Assembly (NCBI GenBank): GCA_048013815.1
Contig: CM106585.1
Location: 9,920,001 to 9,984,000 of the forward strand
DNA: 64,000 nt
Source: Setoptus koraiensis
Lineage: Eukaryota; Animalia; Arthropoda
Direction of reading: 5' to 3'
This document shows, one piece after another, positions 1-12,300 of this stretch. Below the pieces are notes generated by a model, which was not told where the DNA came from, ran no database searches, and worked only from the letters and a program-made list of their open reading frames with translations. Position 1 is the first letter of the stretch, and each line of letters starts with the position of its first letter. Position numbers and translations under genes: made by a program.

Positions 1-656
1 GAGTAGGTCACGGGAGCTAAGCTGTCTAGCCGGCTGAATAAGCATCAAAAATATGTCCCTATTCTGGAATCATGATGCAACCAGGTGAATGTGCTATTCA
101 CTCAACTCATCATATCGTCTACATTGCAACCACTCCAGCCACTGGAAACAACATTACACATCCAGTTTTATTTGTTAGCTGAGTCCTGATGAGGCTGCTA
201 TTAATACTGCATAGGGAGAGAAACTTGGTGAGACAAAACTGGCTGCTCTAAAAATCAAAACAGCATCATCATTTATGTATATTATGATTCTAATCGTGAT
301 GCCAAAATTGAAGAACAACATCCTAGTTCGGCGTCGGTAAACTATTTTTATTTTACTTTCCTAATATCTAGATATCTGGACGCACAAAAGAACTGATGAC
401 TCTCGTTGTCGAACGAAACACCTGTAAACTCAAAGGAATGATCGTCTTTGGTATTAGTAACTTTCGCGCTATTTCTGTCCGACAAGTAGAGAATAACAAC
501 CAACCAAACAAACAACGAAGCCGCTGGCCGGAATCGAGGCAAGTCGAATTATAATCATGAAAGGATAGTCGTTATTTCCCCCCTAGTCAAAGAAATCAGT
601 GTATGTGGCTGGTAAACAAATCAGCAGGCTGTTTGGTTGGAGAGTTAGAGGAAGTA

Positions 657-660
<4 letters not shown>

Positions 661-732
<72 letters not shown>
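661..732. repeat. (GA)n microsatellite, about 36 units
   Basis: Uninterrupted GA dinucleotide run; it explains the spurious ERERER ORF 603..830. Confidence 0.98.
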
Positions 733-737
<5 letters not shown>

Positions 738-1384
738 CTTATTGCTGCGCCTCACCGAAAGTTTACACCCTCTAGTGATCCTATTAAAATACTCTCAGTG
801 ACTATCTCTCGAATTTGCATCCCCCATTAAGAGCCAGAGAATTGAGAAAAGTTATGGGCAGCTATCGCTAGAATTCTTCAGAAGCGACCATTTGTTCCGC
901 TATCACCGAAGCTACTCCAACAAGCTCCAATGCAATTCGAAATGCTGTATCACTGATTGACAGATAGTCGCCACCGATGAACAAATAAATTTCTGGCGGT
1001 GAGCAAGACAGAAGTAATTGCTCACCTATGGCTCATGGTTGGTTCATGGTAATAAACTCAAAATTTAATAAAATTTGCAAGATCTATCTTCCACACAATG
1101 ATATATTATTGATGTTTCGATATCCAAGTCAACTAGTAAGGTAGGATTCTTCTATCTCGTTTTCTTAAGGGTCCTTCACGTTCAATGCAGGATGTTTCAT
1201 GGGGTCGTACAAATCTACGGTTATATGACGATGATTGGTCCGACATGGATTTTTGGAAACAGCAGTGGCGGTACATTCAGACAATAATAATAAATAACAT
1301 AGTAATAGTGTATAAATGGGAAAATAGTTAGTAATAATTTCTGTTTGTTAGGCCATGCCAGATATATGATACGGTCATAGGTGA

Positions 1385-1843
1385 TCATTTGCCAGATATA
1401 GTCTTCTTGATGGCATCGGCCGTTTTTTCCGCGCTCTTCTCAATTTTATTCACCGTGGCGTCGACGACATTTTTAGTTTTTTCTTTAGCGTCTTTAACAT
1501 CTTTTTTCATACCTTTTGTATCCATGCCTAAACGTTTGTCCATGACCTCCTTGAATTTAGGACTAACCTCGTTCTTGCCTTTCACCGGGCCTCTGTATGT
1601 GGTGGCAAGATACAAGCTAAAAGCAGTGAATGCCCCCAAAAAGAGAAGTCCTGTGCAAGCGAAGCAGCAACAAATTCAGTATGTAAATTCAAGATATAAT
1701 GTAGAGTATTGCGAGATAATCAATGATAGTGACAACGAATTAACACGGAATACATGGGGCCTCTCTTGGGCAGAGGGCAAGATTTAGTGTTATATTCAGT
1801 AGTGATAATCACCTTTTGGACTTATAGCGGCGTGACCAGTCAT
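1385..1843 (-). CDS. Small single-pass membrane protein (about 98 aa) with a Lys-rich, LEA-like amphipathic C-terminus; 2 coding exons (1843-1813, 1650-1385)
   Basis: ATG at 1843, phase-1 donor AAAG|gtgatt at 1812, acceptor ttgcacag|GA at 1651 (162-nt intron). Joined product MTGHAAISPKGLLFLGAFTAFSLYLATTYRGPVK...KKTISGK*. Hydrophobic LLFLGAFTAFSLYLA is followed by KDVKDAKEKTKNVVDATVNKIEKSAEKTADAIKK. The frame is also open upstream of this ATG, so the start is uncertain. Confidence 0.6.
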
Positions 1844-4490
1844 TCTGGACGCTGATGGAGGAGCGGGGTTAGATTTAGGCGGCGGCGGTGGTTGTGACGA
1901 GCTAATTTTGAAAGATTTGGAGAACTGACGAATTAATAAAATGGACGCTCGAATAAACGATGCGAATTCTAATCTACAAATAAAATAATAACTATATCCT
2001 AATAAAAACTAATAATGATAGCTAAATGGTCTTACCACAAATACCAGGCAGCGACGAAATAGTTGTTGAGATTGGATTTTCCGGGGTGAATCAAGCAATC
2101 TATTGACTGAACTCGACTGTATTGGATTGATTGTTGTACAACAAATATAGTCAATATTTTTGTTTCCAATATTATAATAGTGAGTTGATTAACCTTGGGC
2201 TTGACTCCTCGCGTTGCTTTCTACTCGAAGTAGCTGCAATTGTATTGCGTATAGTAAAGTTTCTTGTGTATTTTCGTGCGCGCGATCCCGAATGGTAACA
2301 TAGCTCTATTTCTAGCAACTATAGCTAGGGCGCATAGACTACATTTTGCGTGCCGAGTCAAGTTCATTTCAGTTGGGATCCCTACTGTATATGAGCGTTG
2401 GCAAGCTCGGCAAAAACGAGTTAGTATACAATCCTATTATTATCATCACATATTGTACAAGCCACTGCTACTGCTGTTGCCGTTGCCGGATGATAGGCAT
2501 TGAGCTTGCGCTCGCGCACTTACGCAAAATCTCACAGTCTCTTTGAGCCCTCTAAGTTGTTCTCGTGGAATACAAAAGGATAACGTGATAAAAAGATGCT
2601 CTCAGCATGCAGGCGATGGAAAAATCTGGCTTACTTTGTCTTGTTTTTAGTTAGTTTTGTATAGCTCGAACTGCTAGACAAATGAAAAAGAAACTTCCAT
2701 CTAGCCTCAACTCCACGGCGATATACCCTCTGTACAACTCGGTTTGGGCCATATGCCATCGACTTGAAAGCATGCCGGGTGTTGATAGAGATCCAAGTGT
2801 CTCAAAAAGAAAAAGATTACGTCCACGGACACTCATTTAACTCACATGATGCAGGTATGTCCGTCAGCAATCTAGCACTACCTAGGCCCTACCGTGTCTA
2901 GTCACCAGCATAGACCCACCACTTCGGCACGCAGGACACATAAGGCCAGTGATGGAGGCGCCGGATAGCGTCTGGATTTCAGACCCTGAAATCACATTTG
3001 AAAAAGCCTCCAATCCTGCCAGGCGGCGAATTTGCGCATGGCTACAGAAGGGGACCCTTCGTCAATCAATGATTGAAAATCTAAAGTATATCATTTAGTA
3101 CGACAACCTGATTTCTATGCAAGCTGATGAGGCTGACATTATCGTGTTCATCAAAGAGTTAGCTGCCAGCATCGGTAACTCATTAGACTAGCGAGGTGCG
3201 ATAACTAGGTAGTCGACTTGCTTCTCGCATCGCCCGATGAGAGCCCTTCCAAGGATTCGTCGAGATTGAGGTCCGATGTTCATGCCGTTAGTCTCTGGGC
3301 ATCGAGGAAACCGATGGCTATCGATTCTTTGGTTTCGACCTAGAGTTGCCATGTAAATTGTTGCAATCTAAAAGGCCCTTCTGGAAGTCAACACTACTCA
3401 GATACCTGTGCAATGTCTGGATCTGAGTCATTGAGCCCGGGATCAAGGACCAACAAAACAAACCTTCGATACAATCAATTTGTGAGAAAGCAAGATAGCG
3501 AGCACATTCACAACAATTTTTTCAAGACCATTTGTCAATTCGAACACAAGCAAGACACAATTTCCCGCATAATTCACATGGTCATAGAGGTGCAAACCGA
3601 ACAAAGATGACAGGTGAGTTTTCTGAGACAATGTCAAAGTCAGGAGGGAAATATCGCGGTGTTGCTAATAACGAAGACGGACAGTTCGTCTCCAAAAGTG
3701 GCTGTTGACAAACGGATGTATCGTTGTGTAGATCGCGACCATGATAGAGCCTTGTCACTATCGATACGTTGATCAGGTGATAAGAATCATGGGCGTGGGG
3801 TCGGTTAGTTATCGTTCACTGTCTAACTGCCGTTTGTGTCATATCAGTGCATAATATATTATTATGATATTATAATATTATTATAATAATGTTCACAATA
3901 CATCAGTGAATAGCATTCCGTCATTTGTTAAATATTTACACTATTATCAATCCGGCATATTATATCACATCTATTTTACAGAGAAAGAAACGTTTAGGCA
4001 GACACAGTACGGGCAGATACCGTCAGCTCAAATATTTTAGCGCGTATGCCGCCGTGCGTTTTTAACAAACAACAACATATGATTCCCAGAGATACTGTTA
4101 TATATTTTTATTATTATTATCATCATCTAACATAACAATCGTTTCATTTACATCAGTAACTATATATATATTGATTACATCGCCAGTCAATATCACAGCC
4201 GATAACACAAACACACACACTTGGTCCTTGCCCTCTCTACAAACGTTATTATTATATTTTATTATTATCATAATCAGTATTTGACGAATTGTGTCCATTC
4301 CGTCCATTCGATGACAACAGGTCAAACAATTCAAAACAAACAGACTATATTATAGAAAAATATAAATGCTTCATCGCTCATCGCCATTATCTACACCCTT
4401 ATGTCGGAGCTTTTCTCATAGGCATCTCGTCGTGCGACCAGAGTAGCATCAGACCATTTGAGACTCGTTGTTACTTGTTATTGTTACCAG

Positions 4491-7400
4491 GAGAACCAGA
4501 TCAAATGTTGGCTCAAAGTCATGATCATTTGAACAAATCCTATGCTATTCACTGTCATAATCTATTAAATCAATGTCTACACAATGAGAGATTATCAACG
4601 GATTGGAAATCGATTATAGAGTCAATCAGTAGGAGTATTGGCAGCACTGTTGTGTTGCCATTCAAGATCCATCCAACGAATCCCTCGGATCATATTAGCT
4701 ATTGTGTTCAAATTAAAACAATTCCAGGCGGAGAAAAAACAGATTCCACAGCATTCAATGGAGTGGTTATGAACAAGAATGTTTCGCATAGAAAAACACG
4801 CCAAGATATTCAAAATCCGCGTGTCTTATTATTTTCCACCTCTATTGTGTATGATGGCGACGAAAAGAAATTAACCTCACTCGAGACTGTCACAGCTAGA
4901 GAAAACGAGTACCTAGAGAATATATTGGCTAAGATTGTTTCGGCCAAGCCAGATATTGTCATAGTGGAACACGCCGTTGCACGTATAGCACAAGAGATAC
5001 TATTAGACAAGAACATAACATTGATATCAAATCTAAAACATTCCCTACTGATTAGAATAGCTAGATTCACACATGCTAAAATTATCAATTCACTGGATTC
5101 CATTTACAGTCAATCTAATGCCAATGGTAGACATGGTCAAGTTACAACAAACACCACCAAGGGTATGTCTGATGATCAAGGCAGATCACTTGAGGCATCT
5201 ATCGGTACATGTAAGCGATTCTATTGCAAAATGTTTGGCTCGAAAACATACGCCATATTGGACGGATGCGATGAAAAACTAGGTGCAACTGTGATATTAC
5301 GTGGCGGATGTTTGCCTGAATTGAAACGTGTGAAAAAATTATGTGCCTTTATGATTTTCTGTGATTATAATTGGCGTCTTGAACGCTCCATGCTAATAGA
5401 TCAATATGCCACATTATCCGAACAACAGGAACGACGACTAAATGAGTTGATTGAGACAGAAGATCTTAAACAAAACAAAGGAGTTGATCCAGAAAGAAGA
5501 TTGTCTCTCATAGATAAGAATGATTTATTAGTTGGCGATCAAGCAAACAAATACAAACCAATTGTTATAGAGGATAACTCGGATCCACTACGCTCCATGG
5601 ATGCCGAAATGTCTAGCAGTTTCAATTTATCAAGCAACTTTATGACAATCACTAATGATATAAGTGAACATAATAACAAGGCATTCGAATCAAACAAATA
5701 CAATTCCCACAATAGGGCCATCAATCAACAACATTGTGCTTTGGATTCAAAGAAACACGAAAAGCTCAGATTGTTTGAAAAAGCTCTGACAACAACAATA
5801 TTATCATGTTCGCCCAACATACATTATCCGCTTTCGCCAATAATGAAGGCCGATAATCATATAGAGAAATTGACCGAATATTTCAGAGGTCACCTATTAT
5901 GGTCTAAAAGATTACCTGAGATCCGAGGAGATCTCATTGTGGGAAACGAAATATACTCTCAACAGTCATTTGGTGAAAACATCGAAGATAGCTGTGATTC
6001 ACACTCGAAGAACAATAGAGCCTTTCATTACCAGAGTGATAAATGTGATACATCAAAGCATCCACTACTGGAGTACGATTTGAAGCAACCAATCAAAGAT
6101 TCGCCCCAAGCTTTGTCGTTGATCACAGACTTTAGAGCATTAGGTCCTTATCCGTTTGATAATTGTGGCAAACAAGTGGCATCGACCTTCAAAGAGCTCA
6201 AAAGCCATCTAGCCGACATTCAACGGGCTGCAAATAATCAATCAAACAATTCCAGTCAGACGGGTACTAGCAATCAGGAGGCTGCCGGTGCGGCTCATAA
6301 AAATCAAATTATCCAAGTTAAATCTTCTCTAACTTTGCCAATTGTAACTGGAGTGTTAAGTTCAAACAATATGAGTCCTGATGCAAACTCTATTAATGCG
6401 CAAAGTTTCTCCAATAATTTCGGGCCTCAAATATCTGGTGAGCCAATTGGTCAACCAAAAGATTGTCTAGATCCTTCAAACAATCAATTTTTGGCTGTTC
6501 TATTCAGTAGTTATTCCAGCTCATCGGCCACAGCTCCAGACTATTGCGTGAAACCTTCAACAATCAAAATGAATTACTATGGTCAAAATGATTTATCATT
6601 GGGCGATTTTCTAGACAGGTACTGTTTCGACATAAACTACCAATGCCCTTCAAGCGGCTGCACAACTTCTGTACTGCTACACACCAGAAGATTTGTACAT
6701 GGCGATGGTTGCATAATGATTGCCTTGCGTAGCTCGCCCTACCTGAGACCCGGCATTACAGATGACAATTCTATAATCACTTGGTCGTGGTGCCGAGATT
6801 GCAAATCGGCAACACCATACGTGAAATTGTCTGAAGACAGTAGAAATTTATCTTTTGCCAAATACTTGGAGTTGCGCTTTTATGCCCATTCCTATAGTAG
6901 ACAATCTACATTTGATGATTCGCAAAACAAACCCACCGATACACCTACAGATAACGATAGGGAAAACAACCCAAATGACCACCAAAAAGATCCCTTCCAA
7001 TCTTGCGACCAGAATCACCATCAGCCCTGCAAGCATTCGATACAGCGTGATCACTGTCAGTTTTTCGCTTCCAACAAAATAGTAGCCAGTTTTATTTATT
7101 TACAGGCGAGCCTGTACGAGATTGTATTGCCCTCTTTGAGTCCTTTAGCGCCAGATTCGCTGGATTTGGAGCCCGTGCCCGACGATAAACTACCGTTTAT
7201 CCGTGAGGGCGATTTTGGATCTTTGGTGTCGTTTGCGCTGAACAGCCATGAATATAGAGAACGATTGAATGATCTCAGTCAATCCAGTGTAATAGACAAT
7301 GGCACCAACAGCACTGGACAAGCAGTAGATCAAAAGTTGCCTTTGAGTCCGTCGGCTAGGCGCAAATTACAGAGCAGTATTCAATCGACCATAACGGATA

Positions 7401-8812
7401 GTTATGGCGGCCTATCTACGCCCGGCTCGAGTTCTATTGAACAAGGATTGGACAAGTTTGCTGTTAGTGATAAAGAAAACTCTGGCTCTGAATTTAATCT
7501 AACTCTTGAGAAAGACCCGTCCGGGTCCAACATAACAAAACAAGACTTATCTACTGGGTCATCCTCTTACGCTGCCACATCTACCACAGCATCCTCCACA
7601 AACATCGTACAATCTGGCAGTGCCCAAGATGCAAAGCGATCACATGGTAGCAGCAATAGACCGGATGTAGTGTCGAGTAGCTCAAAATTGTTGGACAACA
7701 ATAATATTGAGCTGCAACTTAATGATGGCAACGTAAGCCTCTATTGTGTTGTGTATTGCGCACTGGAATTTCAAAATATCCGATCATTGTTACTGAAACA
7801 TCCGAATGGCGAGGAACTGTATAAGCAATCTTTGTGGAATTGTATACCGTGGTCGGCACCTGGCGGCAAATCCGGCTCAACATTTTGCAAGACAAGCAAT
7901 GATAGATTCATAATGAAAGAGATGTCTAAACTGGAATTGCAATCATTTTTGGCCATAGCTAACAATTATTTTGACTACATACAAAAGTCCTACAGCGAGA
8001 AACAGCCTTGCTTGTTGTCTAGCATATTGGGTATCTACCGGATAGTTTACAAGAATAGCTCCACCAATGTCTCGTCAAAATTGTATTTTCTCGTTATGCA
8101 AAATCTATTCTATCAGCGACAAATAACCCAACGGTTCGATTTGAAGGGCTCCATGCGAAATCGTCTCGTCAACACAGCTGACCAGAGTAAAGGATCGTCC
8201 GATTTAGTATTAATGGACGAAAACCTGCTTAGGATTACTTGTGATCACCCGCTTTTTATTCGCGCCCATTCAAAAATAATTCTCAATCAGGCCATACACA
8301 ATGATGCCAGTTTCTTGACTTCGTTATCCGTCATGGACTACTCGTTGCTGGTTGGTATAGACAATGAAAAAAGTGAGTTAGTATTGGGCATAATCGACTA
8401 CGTGCGTCCGTTCACATGGGATAAAAAAATTGAGAGAGTTGTCAAGTCTGTGGGCAGCGCCAAGATGCCCACAATAATAGAGCCAGATTTGTATCGGATT
8501 AGATTTTGTGAGGCCATGGATAAATACTTTGAGTGTGTACCAGATCATTGGCATGATCTAATCAATTATTGTGACCAAGATGACACCACCACCACCACTC
8601 ATGATCATGTCGAAAACAATAGAGACAATGGTGACAATAGAGCGGGTTCAATTATCACCAACGGCACCTCAACTGTGGCTACAACAACCACCACTCAAGC
8701 TGCACCGGAGTCTATATGCTCGCTTGTTTATAATCAATATACTCCCACAATTCCTGTGGTGAGTGGTGGTGCTAGAAACAATAACAGTGGTGCAACTTTA
8801 AAGTCCAATTGA
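4491..8812 (+). CDS. PIKFYVE: 1-phosphatidylinositol-3-phosphate 5-kinase (PIKfyve/Fab1): CCT-like domain, Cys-rich CCR and PIPK domain in a single 4.3-kb exon
   Basis: CCT-like motifs VQIKTIPGG, GVVMNKNVSHRK, NPRVLLF and LGATVILRGG. CCR LGDFLDRYCF...CPSSGC...HTRRFVHGDGCI...SWCRDCK...LSFAKYLELRF. Kinase GGKSGSTFCKT...RFIMKEM, FDLKGSMRNR, DENL, MDYSLLVGID, GIIDYVRPFTWDK. Acceptor ttgttaccag|GA at 4490 and first in-exon ATG at 4505; the ORF-track GTG start at 4289 is probably intronic. Confidence 0.97.
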
Positions 8813-9373
8813 TTGATCCAATATTGTTGCGAATAGCCAGCGAACGTGATACGGAGAAATACCATTCCATTGTCCAGCTAATTCATTCACCAACATTGAC
8901 ATTTGCAAGCAAAACGATAATTATCACCGATTATCTCGTGTTTATTCACAAATAGTCTAACCACCATTGTGTCAACATCACCATTTTATAGATACTTATG
9001 TGCTGTCGACTATTCAATAAACTGTCATCCGATGAGTTATTTTTTCCGGGTTTTTGAGTCAAGCCATCATCATAATTTGTCGTAATTATTGTCTCAAATA
9101 TTGTGTGTCTTTTTCAAATATTTTATTTCGAATTATGTGATATTCGAAATGAAATTATGCATGAGAGCGCCTGGTTGCCCATAGTAACGCGTATCAGCAA
9201 GCGTCTGTTGCGTTGTTGTCGACTGACCAATTGCTGTTCGGAGCTACAGAACGCCGATTGCCACCAGCCTGTTTTATTATTTATCTATTTTATTACTTTA
9301 TTAGATTGGTTGCTTTTATATCTTTCCATCCAGACAAGTACGAAATTTTATTTTGGAAGCAACATTTTTCAAA

Positions 9374-12300
9374 ATGGACGATTTTCATTCGACCCTCAGG
9401 CGGCTGCTAGACCGCACGGATTCGGCACCGTTCACAAAGAGCAAGTCTGATTTGGTCGATTCCGACGAGATTGCAATAATTAGCGAGCCAACTAGCGCAA
9501 GTATCCTCAGTCATCCAGACAGAGTGAGCACGTCAATTGGTAGCGATGGATGGTCCATGCAGAATTCAGTTGAGAATGCAGCCAACAAAGGATTCGTTGA
9601 AGGGCAGGTTTCGCTGCAAGAGAAATTCTTCGAGCAACGCAAGGACAGGAAGGTGGATTTGTTGAGGCGACTCTTAGAGGAGGACGATGCGAAGAGTGCA
9701 TCAGTTGAGCCCGTAGTTTTGGCCAAGGACGATGACAACGGACAAAAAGAAGCTCCGTTTGGGGCGACCGACACAAAAGAAACATCTTCTTCCCGGGGAT
9801 CACCGTCAGCGTCAGAAGAACCAAATGTAGACGATTTTCCCCATGGAAATGGATCGAAAATGAGCGAACCGAAACAATTCATTTCAAGTCAAATATCTAA
9901 ATTGGATAGTGTGGAATTCTTCTTCCGAAATGATGCAACGCTATCAGTGCGAAAACAATCAAGAGACAACAGCAATATTGAGTCGGCAGCGATGGGCGAA
10001 TCTCTGGCGGCGCTTGACCAAGTTTTGGACGAATTGGGACGCAAAAACAAGATTGAATTGAGGTCCCATATGAAAGTTAATCATTATAATATCCATTCGC
10101 CTGCTCAAGACGAAGCACTCTATTTATGTTATAACAGTGGTGCCGATCCAACAAACAGTGACAGTCCATTTAAAGTTTTTGCCCTGTCCAACGACAACAT
10201 AGAACAAGCAGCAAACCAACAAGAAAGTAATGAAGTGCTCAAGTTAAGATCGTCCCTCCAACACTCAAAAGTCTACCATAACGACAATTATGCAAATGAC
10301 AAAAATCTAGCCAGGCTGGTGAATAGATTGATAAGAGAAGGCAATCATGAAAAAATGCTCAATATTGACAATAATGCTAGCGAGCTCAAGTTAATCGACA
10401 GACATTGTTCAGATCAAACAGCCATCGGTTATCACAAGTCGATGTATGCAAACAATGACTCTTCAGCCACAGACATGGATAACTTGATATCTAAGAAGGC
10501 TCTCGAATATGTGGATCTATCGCGTGTCTTCGGCCTCATTCGAGAGCCAGTGGCTCGCTGGCATGCTGATGGTCGTGTAAAAGGGCGCACTAGATTGATC
10601 AATATGACAGACGGCAACAGTCTTAAACTAACCGAAACGAAATTCAATGGCCACAACAAAAGAAAGGACAGTATCACGTTGAATGTAAACAGATTGACGT
10701 TTGACAATCATCCATTAATGATTGAGGAGAGCAGACTCACCAATGAGCTGATCCGTATGAAAGAATCGATTGTTTGTCCGGATAATCATAATAAGATAAC
10801 TGTTGATGACATTGTGCGCTCATCTACTAATTATATTCAACACATTGATGGAATCGAGTCGCTCAGCAAGAACCACAATAATAATGTGACAAACATTATA
10901 GAGAGACACAATGAACTCATCACGGACACGTTCAATTGTATCGCAAAATATGTGCTTGAGACAAACACATTGAGAGAGCATAGAATGAGGGCTGTTGAGA
11001 AGGCAAAATTGTTAGCTAGAGTTAGACACGAGCAACAGTTTGTGTCGACCTCAATCAGGCTCCTGGAAGCACAACCTTTGACGCGATTCGAAAATGAAAA
11101 CGACCAGAAGAAAATGACTCACCTGTTAAATTTGTTCAATAATTTAATTGATGCCTTGTCGAAGGCGAAATCTCTTTTCGAAAACTCCCAAGAACGAATC
11201 GATGATAGCTCAGACGGTAATAACGTAGGTGCAATAGTGCACAACATTGACTCTGGAATGAAGACGATAGAAAAGCTGCTGCCGGACGAGGCAGAGCGGA
11301 CGGCGGAAAGTGAAACAGACAAGCAACAGTTGCTGTTACTGGACGACGGTCGGTTGGTTGGCGAGTCGAGACTGTTGGACAAGGTGTTTTGTTTTATAGA
11401 CGACAATATGAACGGCAACAACAACAACAACAGTTATATAACTGGCGACGATGACGCAATTTTGAGCGAGGAGGAGAAAAATCGACGCAAAAGAATCAGA
11501 TCAGAGAGATACAAGCTCCGCTTGGACATATTTGTGGTGGGCAATGGAACAACGACAAAGTTGTTAGCTTATTCCACTTCTTTTCAGCCGATGAACTTGA
11601 ATTTTTGCATTGATTTCAGCGACTCCGCAAGTTGCAGTTGTGAAATACCTTTGTTGTTTGCCAATCAAAGAATTGCGCTCAGTCTAATTAGGGCCACTAC
11701 CAGCAATAACGGTGTTAACTTAAGCACCAGATGGCAAGAAACAGAGGAGACACTGTTGGTAAACATGGACAGCTTGACAGAATCACTGAGCAAATATTCA
11801 AACGACGATGGCTGGACCAATTTGCCATTTCGTTACACCAAGAACCGAGCCAGTCAGCGAGAGGCAGCTCGCGACAATTCAAGCGCACTGAACAGTCTCA
11901 ATTTGTTTGTCAATAGACTGTTTTCATCAATGCAACAAACGATCAATTGGGGCTCGAGCAGCGCTAGCACTAATAATAGTAACAGTGGTTCGGATGAGAG
12001 CGGCGCAGCAACCGGAAGTGAACAATTGGAAAAAGTGTTTTCGGGCCAAGTGCGCATGTGTTACTCGGACAATTCACATGTGGGCATTTGGAGCGGCAAG
12101 GGCCAATCTAACCAAGTGTACAATCAATTCATACAACAACTGCATCAACGAGCCCTGGACGACAATTTGATCAATAGGAGCGGAAATTCCATTTTCTGGC
12201 TGGCTAAAATGCCCCAATTTCAACTGGATGCCATGAAGGAACAATTGTTGCATGCCGACACGATAAAATTGGTTGAATTGATCATTGAACAATGGCAGAA

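Noticed and set aside
780-1280. Broken frame KLWAAIARILQKRP, vaguely like a Tc1/mariner C-terminus
   Set aside because: No SPDLNPIE or DDE motif, no TIRs, multiple stops.
2540-3780. Coding-like sequence upstream of PIKfyve with donor-like sites at about 2857 and 3614
   Set aside because: No frame gives a recognisable domain (no FYVE, DEP or RT motifs); only the 3614 donor is kept, as a hypothesis.
4289-4490. ORF-track N-terminal extension of PIKfyve from a GTG start
   Set aside because: AT-rich and non-homologous, ending in a good splice acceptor at 4490; probably intron.
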